Assembly (NCBI GenBank): GCA_963770895.1
Contig: CAVYRF010000002.1
Coordinates: 2,496,001-2,560,000, forward strand
Length of the DNA: 64,000 nt
From: an uncultured Acidobacteriota bacterium
Lineage (GTDB): Bacteria > Acidobacteriota > Thermoanaerobaculia > Multivoradales > UBA5704
Reading direction: 5' to 3'
The notes under the pieces were generated by a model. It was not told the DNA's origin and made no database searches. It worked only from the letters and a program-made list of their open reading frames with translations. The position numbers and the translations under genes were made by a program. Of the stretch, positions 9,139 through 20,430 are shown in pieces (position 1 is the first letter of the stretch; each line of letters starts with the position of its first letter).

Positions 9139-10215
9139 ATGACCGAGCCGCGTGCCGTCCTCGCCGGGACCGGAGTGGCCATTCCGCCGCTCGCGGTCGA
9201 CAACCACATGCTGTCGCGGATCGTCGATACCACCGACGACTGGATCCGCGAGCGCAGCGGCATCGTGACGCGCCACTACGTCGAGCGCGGCGTCGCCTCC
9301 TCGGACCTGGGCGCCGAAGCCGCCCGCGCCGCCTTGGCCGCCGCCGGCATCGAAGCCGCGCAGGTCGACTACATCGTCTGCGCCACGATGACCCCCGACC
9401 ACTACTTTCCGGGCAGCGGCACGCTGATCCAGCAGAAGCTGGGCATCGCGCCGCTGCCGGTGCTCGACATCCGCCAGCAGTGCGCCGGCTTTGCCTACGG
9501 CCTGCAGGTGGTGGATGCGCTCATCCGCAGCGGCAGCGCGCGCACGGTGCTGCTGGTGGGGACCGACGTCCACACCTCCCTGATGCCCTTTTCGGACCGC
9601 ACCTTCGAGGTGCTGCACGGCCGCGATCCGGGGCCGTTGCCGGCGGAGGACTTCGCCTGGAACTCACGCTTTCGCCACCTGCTGGTGCTGTTCGGCGACG
9701 GCGCCGGGGCGATGGTGTTCCGGCCCGCCACCGCGGCGGACGGCGACCGCGGCATCCTGGGCACCGCGCTGTATGGCGACGGCAACCACCGCGATATCCT
9801 GTACGTGCCGGGCGGCGGGTCGCAGCGGCGGCCGTTCGTGAGCTGCGACATGGTGCGGGCGGCTGAAACGGTGCCGGTGATGGACGGCCGGGCGGTGTTC
9901 AAACTGGCGGTCACGCGCATGCCTGAAGTGACGCTGCAGGTGCTGCGCGCCGGGGGGTACGGCATCGCCGATCTGGACCTTTTGATCATGCACCAGGCCA
10001 ACCTGCGTATCAACGAGGCGTCGCAGAAGGTCCTGGGCCTGCCCGAACAAAAGGTGCACAACAACATCCAGAAGTACGGCAACACCACCTCGGCGACCCT
10101 GCCCATCGCCTTCCACGAAGCGCAGCAGGCGGGCAAGGGACAGCCGGGGTCGCTCGTGGCATTCACCGCGCTGGGCGCCGGCCTGCATTGGGGGTCGGTC
10201 CTGGTGCGTATCTGA
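9139..10215 (+). CDS. fabH: 3-oxoacyl-ACP synthase III
   Basis: Cys-His-Asn triad (QQCAGF, HQAN, GNTTSA) and FGDGAGA. Confidence 0.9.
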   Translation: MTEPRAVLAGTGVAIPPLAVDNHMLSRIVDTTDDWIRERSGIVTRHYVERGVASSDLGAEAARAALAAAGIEAAQVDYIVCATMTPDHYFPGSGTLIQQKLGIAPLPVLDIRQQCAGFAYGLQVVDALIRSGSARTVLLVGTDVHTSLMPFSDRTFEVLHGRDPGPLPAEDFAWNSRFRHLLVLFGDGAGAMVFRPATAADGDRGILGTALYGDGNHRDILYVPGGGSQRRPFVSCDMVRAAETVPVMDGRAVFKLAVTRMPEVTLQVLRAGGYGIADLDLLIMHQANLRINEASQKVLGLPEQKVHNNIQKYGNTTSATLPIAFHEAQQAGKGQPGSLVAFTALGAGLHWGSVLVRI

Positions 10216-10248
10216 TCGCGCCTGCCAGCCTGTAAAGAGCCCGTCGCC

Positions 10249-11346
10249 ATGCCGGTGCCATCGCCCCCCGCCGCCGCCTCGCCCGCGCCGCTCGATCCGG
10301 CCGCCATCTCGGCGGCGATCGCGCAGCGCGTCATGGGCCAGGAACAGGCGGTGCGCGAGATGGCGATCGCGCTCGCCAAGCAGCTGGCGGGGCTGCGGGT
10401 CGGCAACATCCTCATGATCGGCTCGTCGGGCACCGGCAAGACGACGTTGATGCGCGCCGTTGAAGGCTACCTGGCCGGCACCCCCCAGCTGGCCGGCCGC
10501 TCGGCCGTGGTGCGCATCCACGCCAACGTCCTGGGGGAGGAAGCGGAGCGCGGCCGTCCCGGCGAGGCCGTGCTGGGCCGCCTGCTGAGCCGCGCCCGCG
10601 AGCAGCTCGGCCTCCACGCGCCGCTCGGCGAGCTGCTGCGGCGCGCCTCGTCGGGCCTGGTCTTCGTCGACGAAGTGGACAAGATCCGCTCGGCGGTGGG
10701 CGGGGTGCCCAACGTGTCCGGCATCCGCGCCCAGGAGGCGCTGCTGACGCTGATCGAAAACGAAGCGATCGAGCTCGATCTGCCCGCCTGGGCCGGCGGC
10801 GCGCGGGTGACCGTCGATTCGTCGGGTCTGCTGTTCGTCTGCGCCGGGGCGTTCGAAGGGCTGTACGACGCGGTGTACGACCGCGTCACGATCGGCAAGG
10901 ATCGCGGGGCGCTGCAGCCGGTGACGGTGGTCGAAGGCGGTGTGGTGCGCGAGCAGGTGATCTTTCACCTGCGCCGCTGGCTGCGCAACGAAGACCTGTT
11001 CGAATACGGCATGAGCCCGCAGTTCCTGTCGCGCTTCGACGCCGTGGTGCTGCTCAACGACCTCACCCTGGACGAGCTGGTGCGGATCTTCCTGGAGACT
11101 CCCGACTCCGCGTACCACCAGACCCGCGAATACTTCGAGAGCCGCGGCATCCACATGGCCCTGTCGCCGGCGGCGGTGCGGCGGATCGCCCTGGAAGCCT
11201 CGCGCCAGCCCCGGCTGGGCGCCCGCGCGCTCAAGGAGGCGTTTCGGCGGGTGATCCGGGACTACGAATTTGCCCCCACCGCCGCGGCGCCCGGCGGCGT
11301 CCTGCTGCTCGACCTGCCCGAAGTCGAAGCCGCGCTCAACCGGTGA
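10249..11346 (+). CDS. ClpX/HslU-like AAA+ ATPase (atypical)
   Basis: VMGQEQA, Walker A GSSGTGKT, Walker B FVDEVDKI, FVCAGAF, sensor-2 GARAL. Confidence 0.8.
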   Translation: MPVPSPPAAASPAPLDPAAISAAIAQRVMGQEQAVREMAIALAKQLAGLRVGNILMIGSSGTGKTTLMRAVEGYLAGTPQLAGRSAVVRIHANVLGEEAERGRPGEAVLGRLLSRAREQLGLHAPLGELLRRASSGLVFVDEVDKIRSAVGGVPNVSGIRAQEALLTLIENEAIELDLPAWAGGARVTVDSSGLLFVCAGAFEGLYDAVYDRVTIGKDRGALQPVTVVEGGVVREQVIFHLRRWLRNEDLFEYGMSPQFLSRFDAVVLLNDLTLDELVRIFLETPDSAYHQTREYFESRGIHMALSPAAVRRIALEASRQPRLGARALKEAFRRVIRDYEFAPTAAAPGGVLLLDLPEVEAALNR

Positions 11347-12136
11347 CGCCAGGGGCGCCGGCGGCGCCGGCGGTGCCCGCGGCGGGGCGCAGCGAGCGCA
11401 CGCGGCGCTGGCGGAGAAGATCGGCAAGCCGGCGGCGCCGGCGGCGGCCCGTCAGCACCTGCGGCACCAGCGTCAGGGTCACCAGGAGCGCCATCGAAAT
11501 CCCCAGCTGGACGTACAGCCCGGTGCGGCGGCCTTGCGCGGCGTGGGCCAGGGCGCCAAAGAAGAAGCTGTAGATGATCACCGTGGGGGCGACGCCCAGC
11601 GCGGTGGTCGACAGGAAGAGCGCCGGGCGGACTCCCGTCAGGGCGGCGGCATAGTTGACCAGCGGGAACGGCAGCGGCAGGAAGCGCAGCGCCACCAGCC
11701 CCCAGAAACCGCGGCGCGCCAGGGCTCGCTCGACCTTGCGCAGCCGGTTCCCGGCAAGGTGGCTGACCAGGTCTCGGCCCAGCGCCAGTCCGAGCAGGTA
11801 GGTCGTCGCGCCGCCCAGGAACACGCCGATCACGTTGTAGATCGCGCCGGCCAGGCCGCCGAACACCACGCCGCCGGCGACCATCAGCGGCGTCGCCGGC
11901 ACTCCCAGCGGTGACAGCACGACATAGCCGCCGATCAGCACCGCCGGCGCCCACCATGCGCGTTGCAGCCTGGCGATCGCGGCGACCAGCGCCGGCCCCG
12001 ACAGGTAACCGGCGAGCGGCGTCCAGCGCAGCGCCGCCAGGCCGGCCAGGACCAGCGCCGGCAGCAGCAGGAACCGCAGCAGCACGCGCCGCGGAATGCG
12101 GCCGCGGCCGGCGGTCTGGCTGGCTTCGGCGGACAT
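11336..12136 (-). CDS. TVP38/TMEM64 (DedA/VTT) family membrane protein
   Basis: Several hydrophobic segments; GGVVFG and LRFLPLPFPLVNYAAAL pattern. Confidence 0.85.
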   Translation of the reverse strand: MSAEASQTAGRGRIPRRVLLRFLLLPALVLAGLAALRWTPLAGYLSGPALVAAIARLQRAWWAPAVLIGGYVVLSPLGVPATPLMVAGGVVFGGLAGAIYNVIGVFLGGATTYLLGLALGRDLVSHLAGNRLRKVERALARRGFWGLVALRFLPLPFPLVNYAAALTGVRPALFLSTTALGVAPTVIIYSFFFGALAHAAQGRRTGLYVQLGISMALLVTLTLVPQVLTGRRRRRRLADLLRQRRVRSLRPAAGTAGAAGAPGVTG

Positions 12137-12196
12137 CGGCGAGCGGCGCGGGCGGCGGACGGACGGCGGACAGCGGGGGAGGGCGCGGCGCCGAGC

Positions 12197-12508
12197 CTAG
12201 CCGGCGGCCGGCAGGTGCAGGAACGTGCGCATTTCGGCGTTCAGCCGCTCCTGCGCCGCCGGGTCCATGAAGTTGAGCCGCAGCTCGTTGATGAGCATCA
12301 CTTCCGCGGCCGCCCACTCGGCCCAGCAGTCGGCGCAGACGGTGGCCACGATCTGCCGCCCCGCGGCGCCCGGCAGCGGCGCCCGCTTCATCGCCGGCGC
12401 GTCGGTGCGCTGGCAGCGGCAGCACAGGGCGACGGTCGCGCCGGGGGTGCCGGGGCCGCCGGGGCCGCTGGGGCCGCCGGGGCCATTGGGTAAATCGGGG
12501 GCGCTCAT
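12197..12508 (-). CDS. YggX-like Fe(II)-trafficking / Fe-S protector protein
   Basis: PLPGAAGRQI..VCADCWAEW....MLINELRLN matches the YggX pattern. Confidence 0.8.
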   Translation of the reverse strand: MSAPDLPNGPGGPSGPGGPGTPGATVALCCRCQRTDAPAMKRAPLPGAAGRQIVATVCADCWAEWAAAEVMLINELRLNFMDPAAQERLNAEMRTFLHLPAAG

Positions 12509-12771
12509 CGCACCTCTCCCGGCAGCACGATGAGGCTTTCGGAACGCTGCAGGACTTCGCGCGGCAGGCGCACCACCAGCAGCAGGTCGTCGCCGTCCTG
12601 CGTGCCGCGCAGGTTCTTGACCAGCTGGTCGGGCAGCGCCAGCTTGACGTAGGCGGGCCGCTTGGCGTTCTGTCTGGCGCTTTCTACAACCAGTTCGCGC
12701 ATCGCGGTCAGCTCCACCCTTTCGGGGTACTTTTCAAGGGCGAAGGTGAGGGCCTTCAGAGGATCGTCCAT
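12505..12771 (-). CDS. Hypothetical protein (88 aa)
   Basis: Coding-like composition; 4-nt overlap with the yggX-like gene; TACAAT lies 6 nt upstream of the ATG. Confidence 0.7.
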   Translation of the reverse strand: MDDPLKALTFALEKYPERVELTAMRELVVESARQNAKRPAYVKLALPDQLVKNLRGTQDGDDLLLVVRLPREVLQRSESLIVLPGEVR

Positions 12772-12819
12772 GGGCTCATTGTACTCGCCGGCCGGATCGC
12801 GGCCAGCGGGGGACGTTCA

Positions 12820-13793
<974 letters not shown>

Positions 13794-13797
<4 letters not shown>

Positions 13798-15146
13798 GCC
13801 GGGCTCCCTTGGTGGGCGTGGGCCAGCACCGCCGCCGGGCGGGCGACCGGCCGTCCGATCGAGATGTATTCGAAATTTGCCGCGGCCATCTTTTCGGGCT
13901 CGTAGAGGTTGCGCAGGTCGATCACCAGCGGCCGTGCCAGCAGCTCGTGCAGCCGATCCAGCTCAAGCTTGCGAAACTGGTTCCATTCGGTGCACAAAAC
14001 CAGCGCTTCGGCGCCGCGCGCCGCTTCGTAGGCGTTGTCGCAGAACGCGACCGTGGGATAGAGCGGCTTGCAGGCGGGCATCGCCTCGGGATCGAAGGCG
14101 CGCACGCTGGCGCCGCCGTCGAGCAGGCCCTTGAGCACCGCCAGCGCCGGCGATTCGCGGATGTCGTCGGTGTTGGGCTTGAACGACAGGCCGAGCAGCG
14201 CCACGGTCTTGCCGGCGACGGCGCCCAGCGCCGCTTCCACCTTTTTGACCATGCGCGCCTTGACCGCTTCGTTGACGTCGAGCACCGCCTCGATGATGCG
14301 AAACTGCAAGCCCTGGTCGCGAGCGATCTGTGCCACCGCCATGGTGTCCTTGGGGAAGCAGGAGCCGCCGAAGCCCGGTCCCGGATCGAGGAACTTGGGC
14401 CCGATGCGGCTGTCGAGCCCCATGCCGCGCGACACCACTTCGACGTTGGCGCCGATGGCTTCGCACAGCTCGGCGACTTCGTTGATGAACGAGATCTTGG
14501 TGGCCAGGAAGCCGTTGGACGCGTACTTGATCAGCTCGGCGCTTTCGATGTCGGTGGTGACGAAGGGCACGTCGGCGGCGGCGAGCGGCGAGTAGACGTC
14601 GAGCATCATTTCGATCGCGCGGGGATCGCGCGAGCCGATGACCACGCGGTCGGGATGCATGAAGTCCTCGATCGCCGAACCCTCGCGCAGAAACTCGGGG
14701 TTGGACACCACGGCGAAAGGATGGCGCCCGCCGGTGCCTTCGCGCACGATCGATTCGATCATCTTGCCGGTGCCGATCGGCACCGTGCTCTTGGTGACGA
14801 TGACCTTGTAACCGTTCAGGTGCTGAGCGATCGATGCGGCGACCTCGCGGATGAACTTGAGGTCGGCGGAGCCGTCGCTCTTGGGCGGCGTGCCGACGGC
14901 GATGAAGATTGCCTGCGCCTCTTCGATGGCCGACGGCAGATCGGTCGAAAAGCGCAGGCGGCCTTCGTCCATGTTCTTTTGCACCAGCGTGTCCAGGCCG
15001 GGCTCGTAGATCGGCACCTTGCCTTCGCACAGCGCTTCGACCTTGGCCGCATCCTTGTCCACGCCGACGACGTGCATGCCAAAGTCCGCCAGGCAGGCGC
15101 CGGTGACCAGTCCGACGTAGCCGCTACCGACAACACAGATGTTCAT
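13794..15146 (-). CDS. ugd: UDP-glucose 6-dehydrogenase
   Basis: [40 protein letters not shown]. Confidence 0.95.
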
Positions 15147-15162
15147 GGCTTTGGGTCAACCT

Positions 15163-16203
15163 TCATAAGTGAGATCCGCCGCGGGCCGGATCGGTCAGGG
15201 AGTTGGAGGGCACGCCGCCGGGATGACCGGTTGGAGCTGCCTGCTGTTGGCGGTACCAGCGGACGAAACGCCGCAGTCCCTCCCGGATCGGAACCTTCGG
15301 AGAATAGCCCAGCAAGCGTGCTGCCTTGGAGACATCGGCGTAGGTGATCGGGACGTCACCGGGCTGGGCGGCAAGATACTCGATGCGCGGCTCGACGGCA
15401 AGCTCCGCCGCAATCCACTGCACCAGATCCGCCAGCGTCGTGGTGTCGGCGCCACCAAGGTTGAAGATTTCGAAACCGGGAGACAGGTCGAGGGCCGCCA
15501 GCAGGCCGTCCACGATGTCGTCGACGAAGGTGTAATCCCGCCGGCTGCCGCCGTCGCCGAACATGGGGATCGCTTCACCGCGGGCCAGCAGGTCGGTGAA
15601 CTTGGCGATCGCCATCTCGGGCCGCTGCGCCGGCCCGTAGACCGTGAAGAAGCGCAGGCAGGAGACGCGGAAGCCGTACAGGTGATGGTAGTTGTAACAG
15701 AGCAGCTCGCCCGTCCGCTTGGTGGTGGCGTAGGGGCTGATCGGCTGGTTCACTTCGTCGTCTTCGGCGAACGGCACCTTGGTGTTGATGCCGTAGACCG
15801 AAGAGGACGAGCCGAACACGAACCGGGGCGGCCCATGATGCCGCGCCGCCTCGAGCAGGCGCAGGGTGCCGATGCAGTTGACGTCTTCGTAGAGGATCGG
15901 TTCGCGCAGGCTTGGCCGCACGCCGGCGCGCGCCGCCAGGTGGATCACCGCGTCAAAGCGGCCGGCGGCAAAGATGCGGTCGAGCAGGCCGCCGTCGCGG
16001 ATGTCGCCTTCGACCAGCGCGAAGCGCTCGCCAGCCGCGGGCTCGGCCGCCAGCGCCGCGACGTTCCGGCGTTTGCGCGCCGGGTCGTAGAAATCGTTGA
16101 AATCGTCGAGCACGGTCACGCGCTCGCCGCGCCCCAGCAGGCGTCGCGTCAGGTGGGAGCCGATGAAGCCGGCGCCGCCGGTAACCAGGATATGGGCGGG
16201 CAT
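15163..16203 (-). CDS. NAD-dependent epimerase (UDP-glucuronate 4-epimerase-like)
   Basis: GGAGFIG, HLAARAGVR, SSSSVYG, YATTK, RFFTVYGP..RPEMA. Confidence 0.9.
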   Translation of the reverse strand: MPAHILVTGGAGFIGSHLTRRLLGRGERVTVLDDFNDFYDPARKRRNVAALAAEPAAGERFALVEGDIRDGGLLDRIFAAGRFDAVIHLAARAGVRPSLREPILYEDVNCIGTLRLLEAARHHGPPRFVFGSSSSVYGINTKVPFAEDDEVNQPISPYATTKRTGELLCYNYHHLYGFRVSCLRFFTVYGPAQRPEMAIAKFTDLLARGEAIPMFGDGGSRRDYTFVDDIVDGLLAALDLSPGFEIFNLGGADTTTLADLVQWIAAELAVEPRIEYLAAQPGDVPITYADVSKAARLLGYSPKVPIREGLRRFVRWYRQQQAAPTGHPGGVPSNSLTDPARGGSHL

Positions 16204-16242
16204 GTCGCTCGGTCGGGTCTCTCTCTGCCGGGGCAGGGTCGC

Positions 16243-17508
16243 CTAATACCCCGACGGTGGGCCGGGTGGCGGGGGCGAGGGCGCGGCGGCGCCGGGCGGC
16301 GGATCGGTCGGGCCGCCGGGCTGGCCGGTGGAGCCGCCGGTGGCGTCTTGGTACCGCTGCTTGATCCCCGCCTTTTGACGGTTCTGGATCAGCCAGCGCA
16401 GCATCCAGGACCGATTCACGCCGACGATAATATCGTTGATCGCGTCGTAGATCCGGGGATCGTTGAGCAGCCGGGCGGCGGTGCCGTTGCCCTCGACCAG
16501 GCGGTCGCTCAGCGTGTCCAGGTGCTCGACGGCCGAACGCAGGTGCCCGCTCACCTCGCGCCCGTACGCTTCGTCCGACAGGAGCTTGGGCAGCAGCCCC
16601 TGGCCGGTGTCCAGGCGGTTGCTGAATGCCTGCAGGTCGCGGCTTGCCGCGTCCAGGTTGGCCAGCACGTCGTCCAGCCGCTGCCGCTCCCGCGGGTCGT
16701 TGAGCAGCCCCGGCAGCACCCCCGGACCGCTCTGGGCGCTGGCCAGCACGGCATTCAGGCGGTCCACCGAGCTGCTCAGGCGGTTGGCCAGGGCGCGGTC
16801 GTTGAGCAGCCGCGGCAGCACGCCGGGGCCGGTTTCCATCTGCGCCGCGACCCGCTGCACGGTCTGCATCGCGGCCAGCGTCGAGGCGCGCAGCTGCTTG
16901 CCGGTCGGCGATTCGGTCGTCATGTCGCCGAGCAGCCCTTCGCCGCGGTCGATGCGGCCCAGGATGTTGAGCAGCGAGTGCGAGATCTGGGTGACGTTGG
17001 CCATCACGTCTTCGCCCGAGGCCATGAGGTGCTCCAGGTTGCCGGTGGCGGCGGCCTCGATCTCGGTGCCGTCCGGGATGATCGGGTAAGCAAGCGCGCC
17101 TGAATTCAGCTCGATGTATTTGTCCCCGAGCAGGCCCTGGGTCTTGATCCGCGCCCGCGTCGGCGGCGCCGTCCCCGCGGGCGGCGGCGGCGCCCCGCCG
17201 GGGAGCGCATCGGGCGTCCGCAACCGGCGGGCGTAGCGGCTGTCGACGCTCAGCCAGACCTGGATCTCCGACTCCTTGGGGTCTTCCGCCAGCACCACCT
17301 TGTTGACGCTGCCGACGTTGACGCCGTCGAGGGTCACCGGGCTGCCCGCCGCCAGGCCGCCGACCTGGCCGAAGCGGATGTAGTAGTGGTTCTTGCGCGT
17401 GAACAGGTTGTTTTTGTCGCCCAGGATCAGCAGCCCGGCGCCGAGCACCGCCAGGGCAGACAGGACCACCAGGCCGACTTTCAGCTCACGCGCGAGGGGG
17501 GGTGCCAT
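16243..17508 (-). CDS. mlaD: MlaD/MCE family substrate-binding protein with long helical repeats
   Basis: N-terminal TM after ELKVG; GLAAGSPVTLDGVNVGSV; GLLGDKYIEL; repeated GxGxLxxLLND. Confidence 0.88.
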   Translation of the reverse strand: MAPPLARELKVGLVVLSALAVLGAGLLILGDKNNLFTRKNHYYIRFGQVGGLAAGSPVTLDGVNVGSVNKVVLAEDPKESEIQVWLSVDSRYARRLRTPDALPGGAPPPPAGTAPPTRARIKTQGLLGDKYIELNSGALAYPIIPDGTEIEAAATGNLEHLMASGEDVMANVTQISHSLLNILGRIDRGEGLLGDMTTESPTGKQLRASTLAAMQTVQRVAAQMETGPGVLPRLLNDRALANRLSSSVDRLNAVLASAQSGPGVLPGLLNDPRERQRLDDVLANLDAASRDLQAFSNRLDTGQGLLPKLLSDEAYGREVSGHLRSAVEHLDTLSDRLVEGNGTAARLLNDPRIYDAINDIIVGVNRSWMLRWLIQNRQKAGIKQRYQDATGGSTGQPGGPTDPPPGAAAPSPPPPGPPSGY

Positions 17509-18280
17509 GTTCGTCGTTCTCCTCAAGCTCCCGGCCCGCCAGGAAATCGGCCAGCTCGGGGTCGGTCGAGGCGTCCGCCGCGGCCCAGTCGCCCAGGAAG
17601 CGAAAGCGCCCCGCGGACAGGTAGGCGACGCGGTCGCCCACCCGCCGCGCCAGCGGCAGGTCATGGGTGATGACCACCTGGGTGACGTCCAGGCGGCGAT
17701 GGATGTTGCGAATGAGATGGCCGATGGCGGCCGAGGTCATCGGGTCCAGGCCGGTGGTCGGCTCGTCGTAGAGCACCACTTCCGGCTCCAGCGCCAGGGA
17801 GCGCGCCAGGGCGGCGCGCTTGCGCATGCCGCCCGAAAGGTCCGACGGCATCTGCGGCCCGATCTCGGGCAGGTTGACCAGGCCGAGCAGCTCGCGCACC
17901 CGCGCCGCGATGTCGCGCTCGGACAGCTGCGTGTGCGCACGCAGCGGGAAGGCGACGTTGTCGGCGACCGTCATCGAATCGAACAGCGCGCCACCCTGAA
18001 ACAGCATGGCGATGCGGCGGCGCACCGGGAACAGCTCGCGCTCCGTCAGGGTGCTGACCGGGATGCCGTCGAACGTCACGGTGCCGGCGTCGGGGCGGTC
18101 CAGGCCGTTGAGCTGGCGCAGGGTCACGCTCTTGCCGCTGCCCGAACGGCCCAGGATGACGAAGCATTCGCCGCGCAGGATGTCGAAATCGATCGCATCC
18201 AGCACCTTGCGGCCGGCGAAGCTCTTGGTCAAGCCGCGCACGACGAAGGCAGCGGGAGCGGCGGGTTCAGCCGATGGCAA
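17486..18280 (-). CDS. mlaF: MlaF-family ABC transporter ATPase
   Basis: GRSGSGKS, FQGGALFDS, LSGGMRKR, YDEPTTGLDP. Confidence 0.92.
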   Translation of the reverse strand: MPSAEPAAPAAFVVRGLTKSFAGRKVLDAIDFDILRGECFVILGRSGSGKSVTLRQLNGLDRPDAGTVTFDGIPVSTLTERELFPVRRRIAMLFQGGALFDSMTVADNVAFPLRAHTQLSERDIAARVRELLGLVNLPEIGPQMPSDLSGGMRKRAALARSLALEPEVVLYDEPTTGLDPMTSAAIGHLIRNIHRRLDVTQVVITHDLPLARRVGDRVAYLSAGRFRFLGDWAAADASTDPELADFLAGRELEENDEHGTPPRA

Positions 18281-19028
18281 GCAGGAAGATCCTGGTCAGG
18301 AAGTAGTCGGAGATCATGATGGCCAGCGCCACGGTGACCACGGTATCGGTCGTGGCGCGCCCGACGCCGTCGGCGCCGCCCTTGGTGTGCAGGCCGTTGT
18401 AGCAGCCGATGATGGCGATGATGTAGGCGAAGAAGAACGACTTGCCGACGCCGCTCACGATGTCGGAGATGCGCAGGCTTTCGGTGATGTTGTTGAAGTA
18501 GATGGCGGGGGCCAGCTGCAGCTGGAACACCGCCACCACCAGCCCGCCCAGGATGCCCAGCGCATCCCCCAGCACGGTCAGCGCCGGCACCATGACCAGC
18601 ACCGCCGCCAGTTTGGGAGCCACCAGCTTTTTGACCGGATCGACGGCCATCGAGCGCATGGCGTCGATCTGCTCGCTCACCGTCATGGTGCCGATTTCGG
18701 CGGTCATGCCGGCGCCGATGCGGCCGCCGACGATGAGAGCGGTCAGCACCGGTCCCAGCTCGCGCACCAGCGACTTGGCGACCACCGACCCGATGTAGTA
18801 CTTGACCCCCAGCTCGGGCAGGCTGTACGCGGTCTGCAACGCCAGCACCATGCCGGTGAACAGGGTGGCGACTCCGGCGACTCCCAGGGAACCGACTCCC
18901 AGCTGTTCCAGCTGGAGGAAGAACTGGTCGATTTCGAGCGGCCGCGTGGGCATGCTGGCCAGCGCCCGCCAGGTCAGCAGGGCGATGCCGCCGGTCCTTT
19001 CGGCCAGCTCGCGGCCGCGGCCTCTCAC
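18267..19028 (-). CDS. mlaE: MlaE-family ABC permease
   Basis: RELGPVLTAL, AEIGTM.VSEQIDA, GGADGVGRATT. The GTG start overlaps the upstream stop. Confidence 0.92.
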   Translation of the reverse strand: MRGRGRELAERTGGIALLTWRALASMPTRPLEIDQFFLQLEQLGVGSLGVAGVATLFTGMVLALQTAYSLPELGVKYYIGSVVAKSLVRELGPVLTALIVGGRIGAGMTAEIGTMTVSEQIDAMRSMAVDPVKKLVAPKLAAVLVMVPALTVLGDALGILGGLVVAVFQLQLAPAIYFNNITESLRISDIVSGVGKSFFFAYIIAIIGCYNGLHTKGGADGVGRATTDTVVTVALAIMISDYFLTRIFLLAIG

Positions 19029-19456
19029 CGGGTGCTCCCGCGCCCGAGGCGCCACAGGGCGGCGTGTGCGATTCCCAGCCCCAGGTCGGCGGCGGCCAGG
19101 GGATAGAGGCCGCCCAGGCCCGGCCGGCGCAGGGCGAGGGCGATAAAGCCGAGGCCGCCCAGGATGCGCCCGGCGGCTGCCACCGCGACCACGCCCTGGA
19201 GCTGCGCCGGGTCGCGCGCCGCCAGCAGGTACACGGCGGCAAGCATGAGCAGCAGCACCGCCAGGGTCCACAGGTAGAAGGCGCCGTCCGGCAGCGGTGG
19301 CAGCGGCAGGCGCAGCAGCCGGGCGGGCAGGCGCGGCGCGGCCACCATCAGCACGGCGAACGCCGCGTCGTAGAGCGCACCGCAGACCAGGCTGGTGCGC
19401 AGGGGCGCCCAGCCAGGATCGGATCGGCGGGTACGGCGGGCCCAGGAGGGGGTCAT
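19025..19456 (-). CDS. Hypothetical integral membrane protein (~4 TM)
   Basis: Four hydrophobic stretches; the stop overlaps the mlaE start (GTGA). Confidence 0.65.
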   Translation of the reverse strand: MTPSWARRTRRSDPGWAPLRTSLVCGALYDAAFAVLMVAAPRLPARLLRLPLPPLPDGAFYLWTLAVLLLMLAAVYLLAARDPAQLQGVVAVAAAGRILGGLGFIALALRRPGLGGLYPLAAADLGLGIAHAALWRLGRGSTR

Positions 19457-19530
19457 CAGGGGGAAGCCGAAGCGCAGTCTACCAGGGTGGCCGTCGCCGC
19501 GCTCGCCCGCGGGCGAGCCGATCGTGAATA

Positions 19531-20349
19531 ATGCGAGTCTCGCCAAAGGGGGGCCGCTTGCACGCAGAAGATCCCGAAGGCCGCGGTCCAGCGCCGCTGT
19601 ACAGCAAGGTGCTTGCCACCGTTGCGGGCAACATCTTCCTGGCGTTCGGCAGCCTGGCGCTGGGTCTGGCCGCAACCGTCGTGGGCTGGCTGCCGCCGCG
19701 TCATCGTTGGGGGCTGGCGGTGATGCGCGCGTGGTCGACGACGTTGCTGCACGCGAGCGGCGTGCGGCTCCAGTTCGAGCGCCCCGCCGACCTGGACCCC
19801 GCGGCGCGCTATGTCTACCTGGCCAACCATCAGAGCCTGTTCGACATCCCGGTGCTGCTGCTGGCCGTGCGGGGGCCGCTCAGGATGGTCGCCAAGCAGA
19901 GCCTGTTCCGCATCCCCTTTTTCGGCTGGGCGCTGTCGGCGACCGGCTTCGTATCGGTCGACCGGGGCGACAGCTCGGCGGCGCGCCAGTCGTTTGCGGC
20001 GGCCGAGCGGCGGCTGCGGTCGGGCGGTTCGATCCTGCTCTTTCCCGAGGGGACGCGGGGCACCGGCGAGGTGCTGCTGCCGTTCAAGCGCGGCGGCATC
20101 CTGCTGGCGCTGCGCACCGGTCTGCCGATCGTGCCGGTGGGGATCCGCGGCACACGGGCGGTGCAGGGGCGGGGAGAGCGATCCATCCGGCCGGGGGTGG
20201 TGCAGGTGCGATTCGGGTCGCCGATCGCGGTCGAGGCCTTCGGCATGCGGCGCAAGCGCGAGCTGCTGGCGCTGGTGCGGGAGACGATGGCGCAGCTGGC
20301 GGGGGTGCCGGTGGGAGCGGCCGCAGAGGCGGCGGGCGAAGACCGGTAG
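19531..20349 (+). CDS. plsC: 1-acyl-sn-glycerol-3-phosphate acyltransferase (start uncertain)
   Basis: NHQSLFD (HxxxxD) and FPEGTR motifs. Confidence 0.9.
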   Translation: MRVSPKGGRLHAEDPEGRGPAPLYSKVLATVAGNIFLAFGSLALGLAATVVGWLPPRHRWGLAVMRAWSTTLLHASGVRLQFERPADLDPAARYVYLANHQSLFDIPVLLLAVRGPLRMVAKQSLFRIPFFGWALSATGFVSVDRGDSSAARQSFAAAERRLRSGGSILLFPEGTRGTGEVLLPFKRGGILLALRTGLPIVPVGIRGTRAVQGRGERSIRPGVVQVRFGSPIAVEAFGMRRKRELLALVRETMAQLAGVPVGAAAEAAGEDR

Positions 20350-20430
20350 CAGCGGCTGCCGGCGGGGCCGGCGGGGGTCCGTGCCAGGGTGGGCGGAGGA
20401 GGAGGTGGTAGGCTTCGTGGGTTTGCGGAG

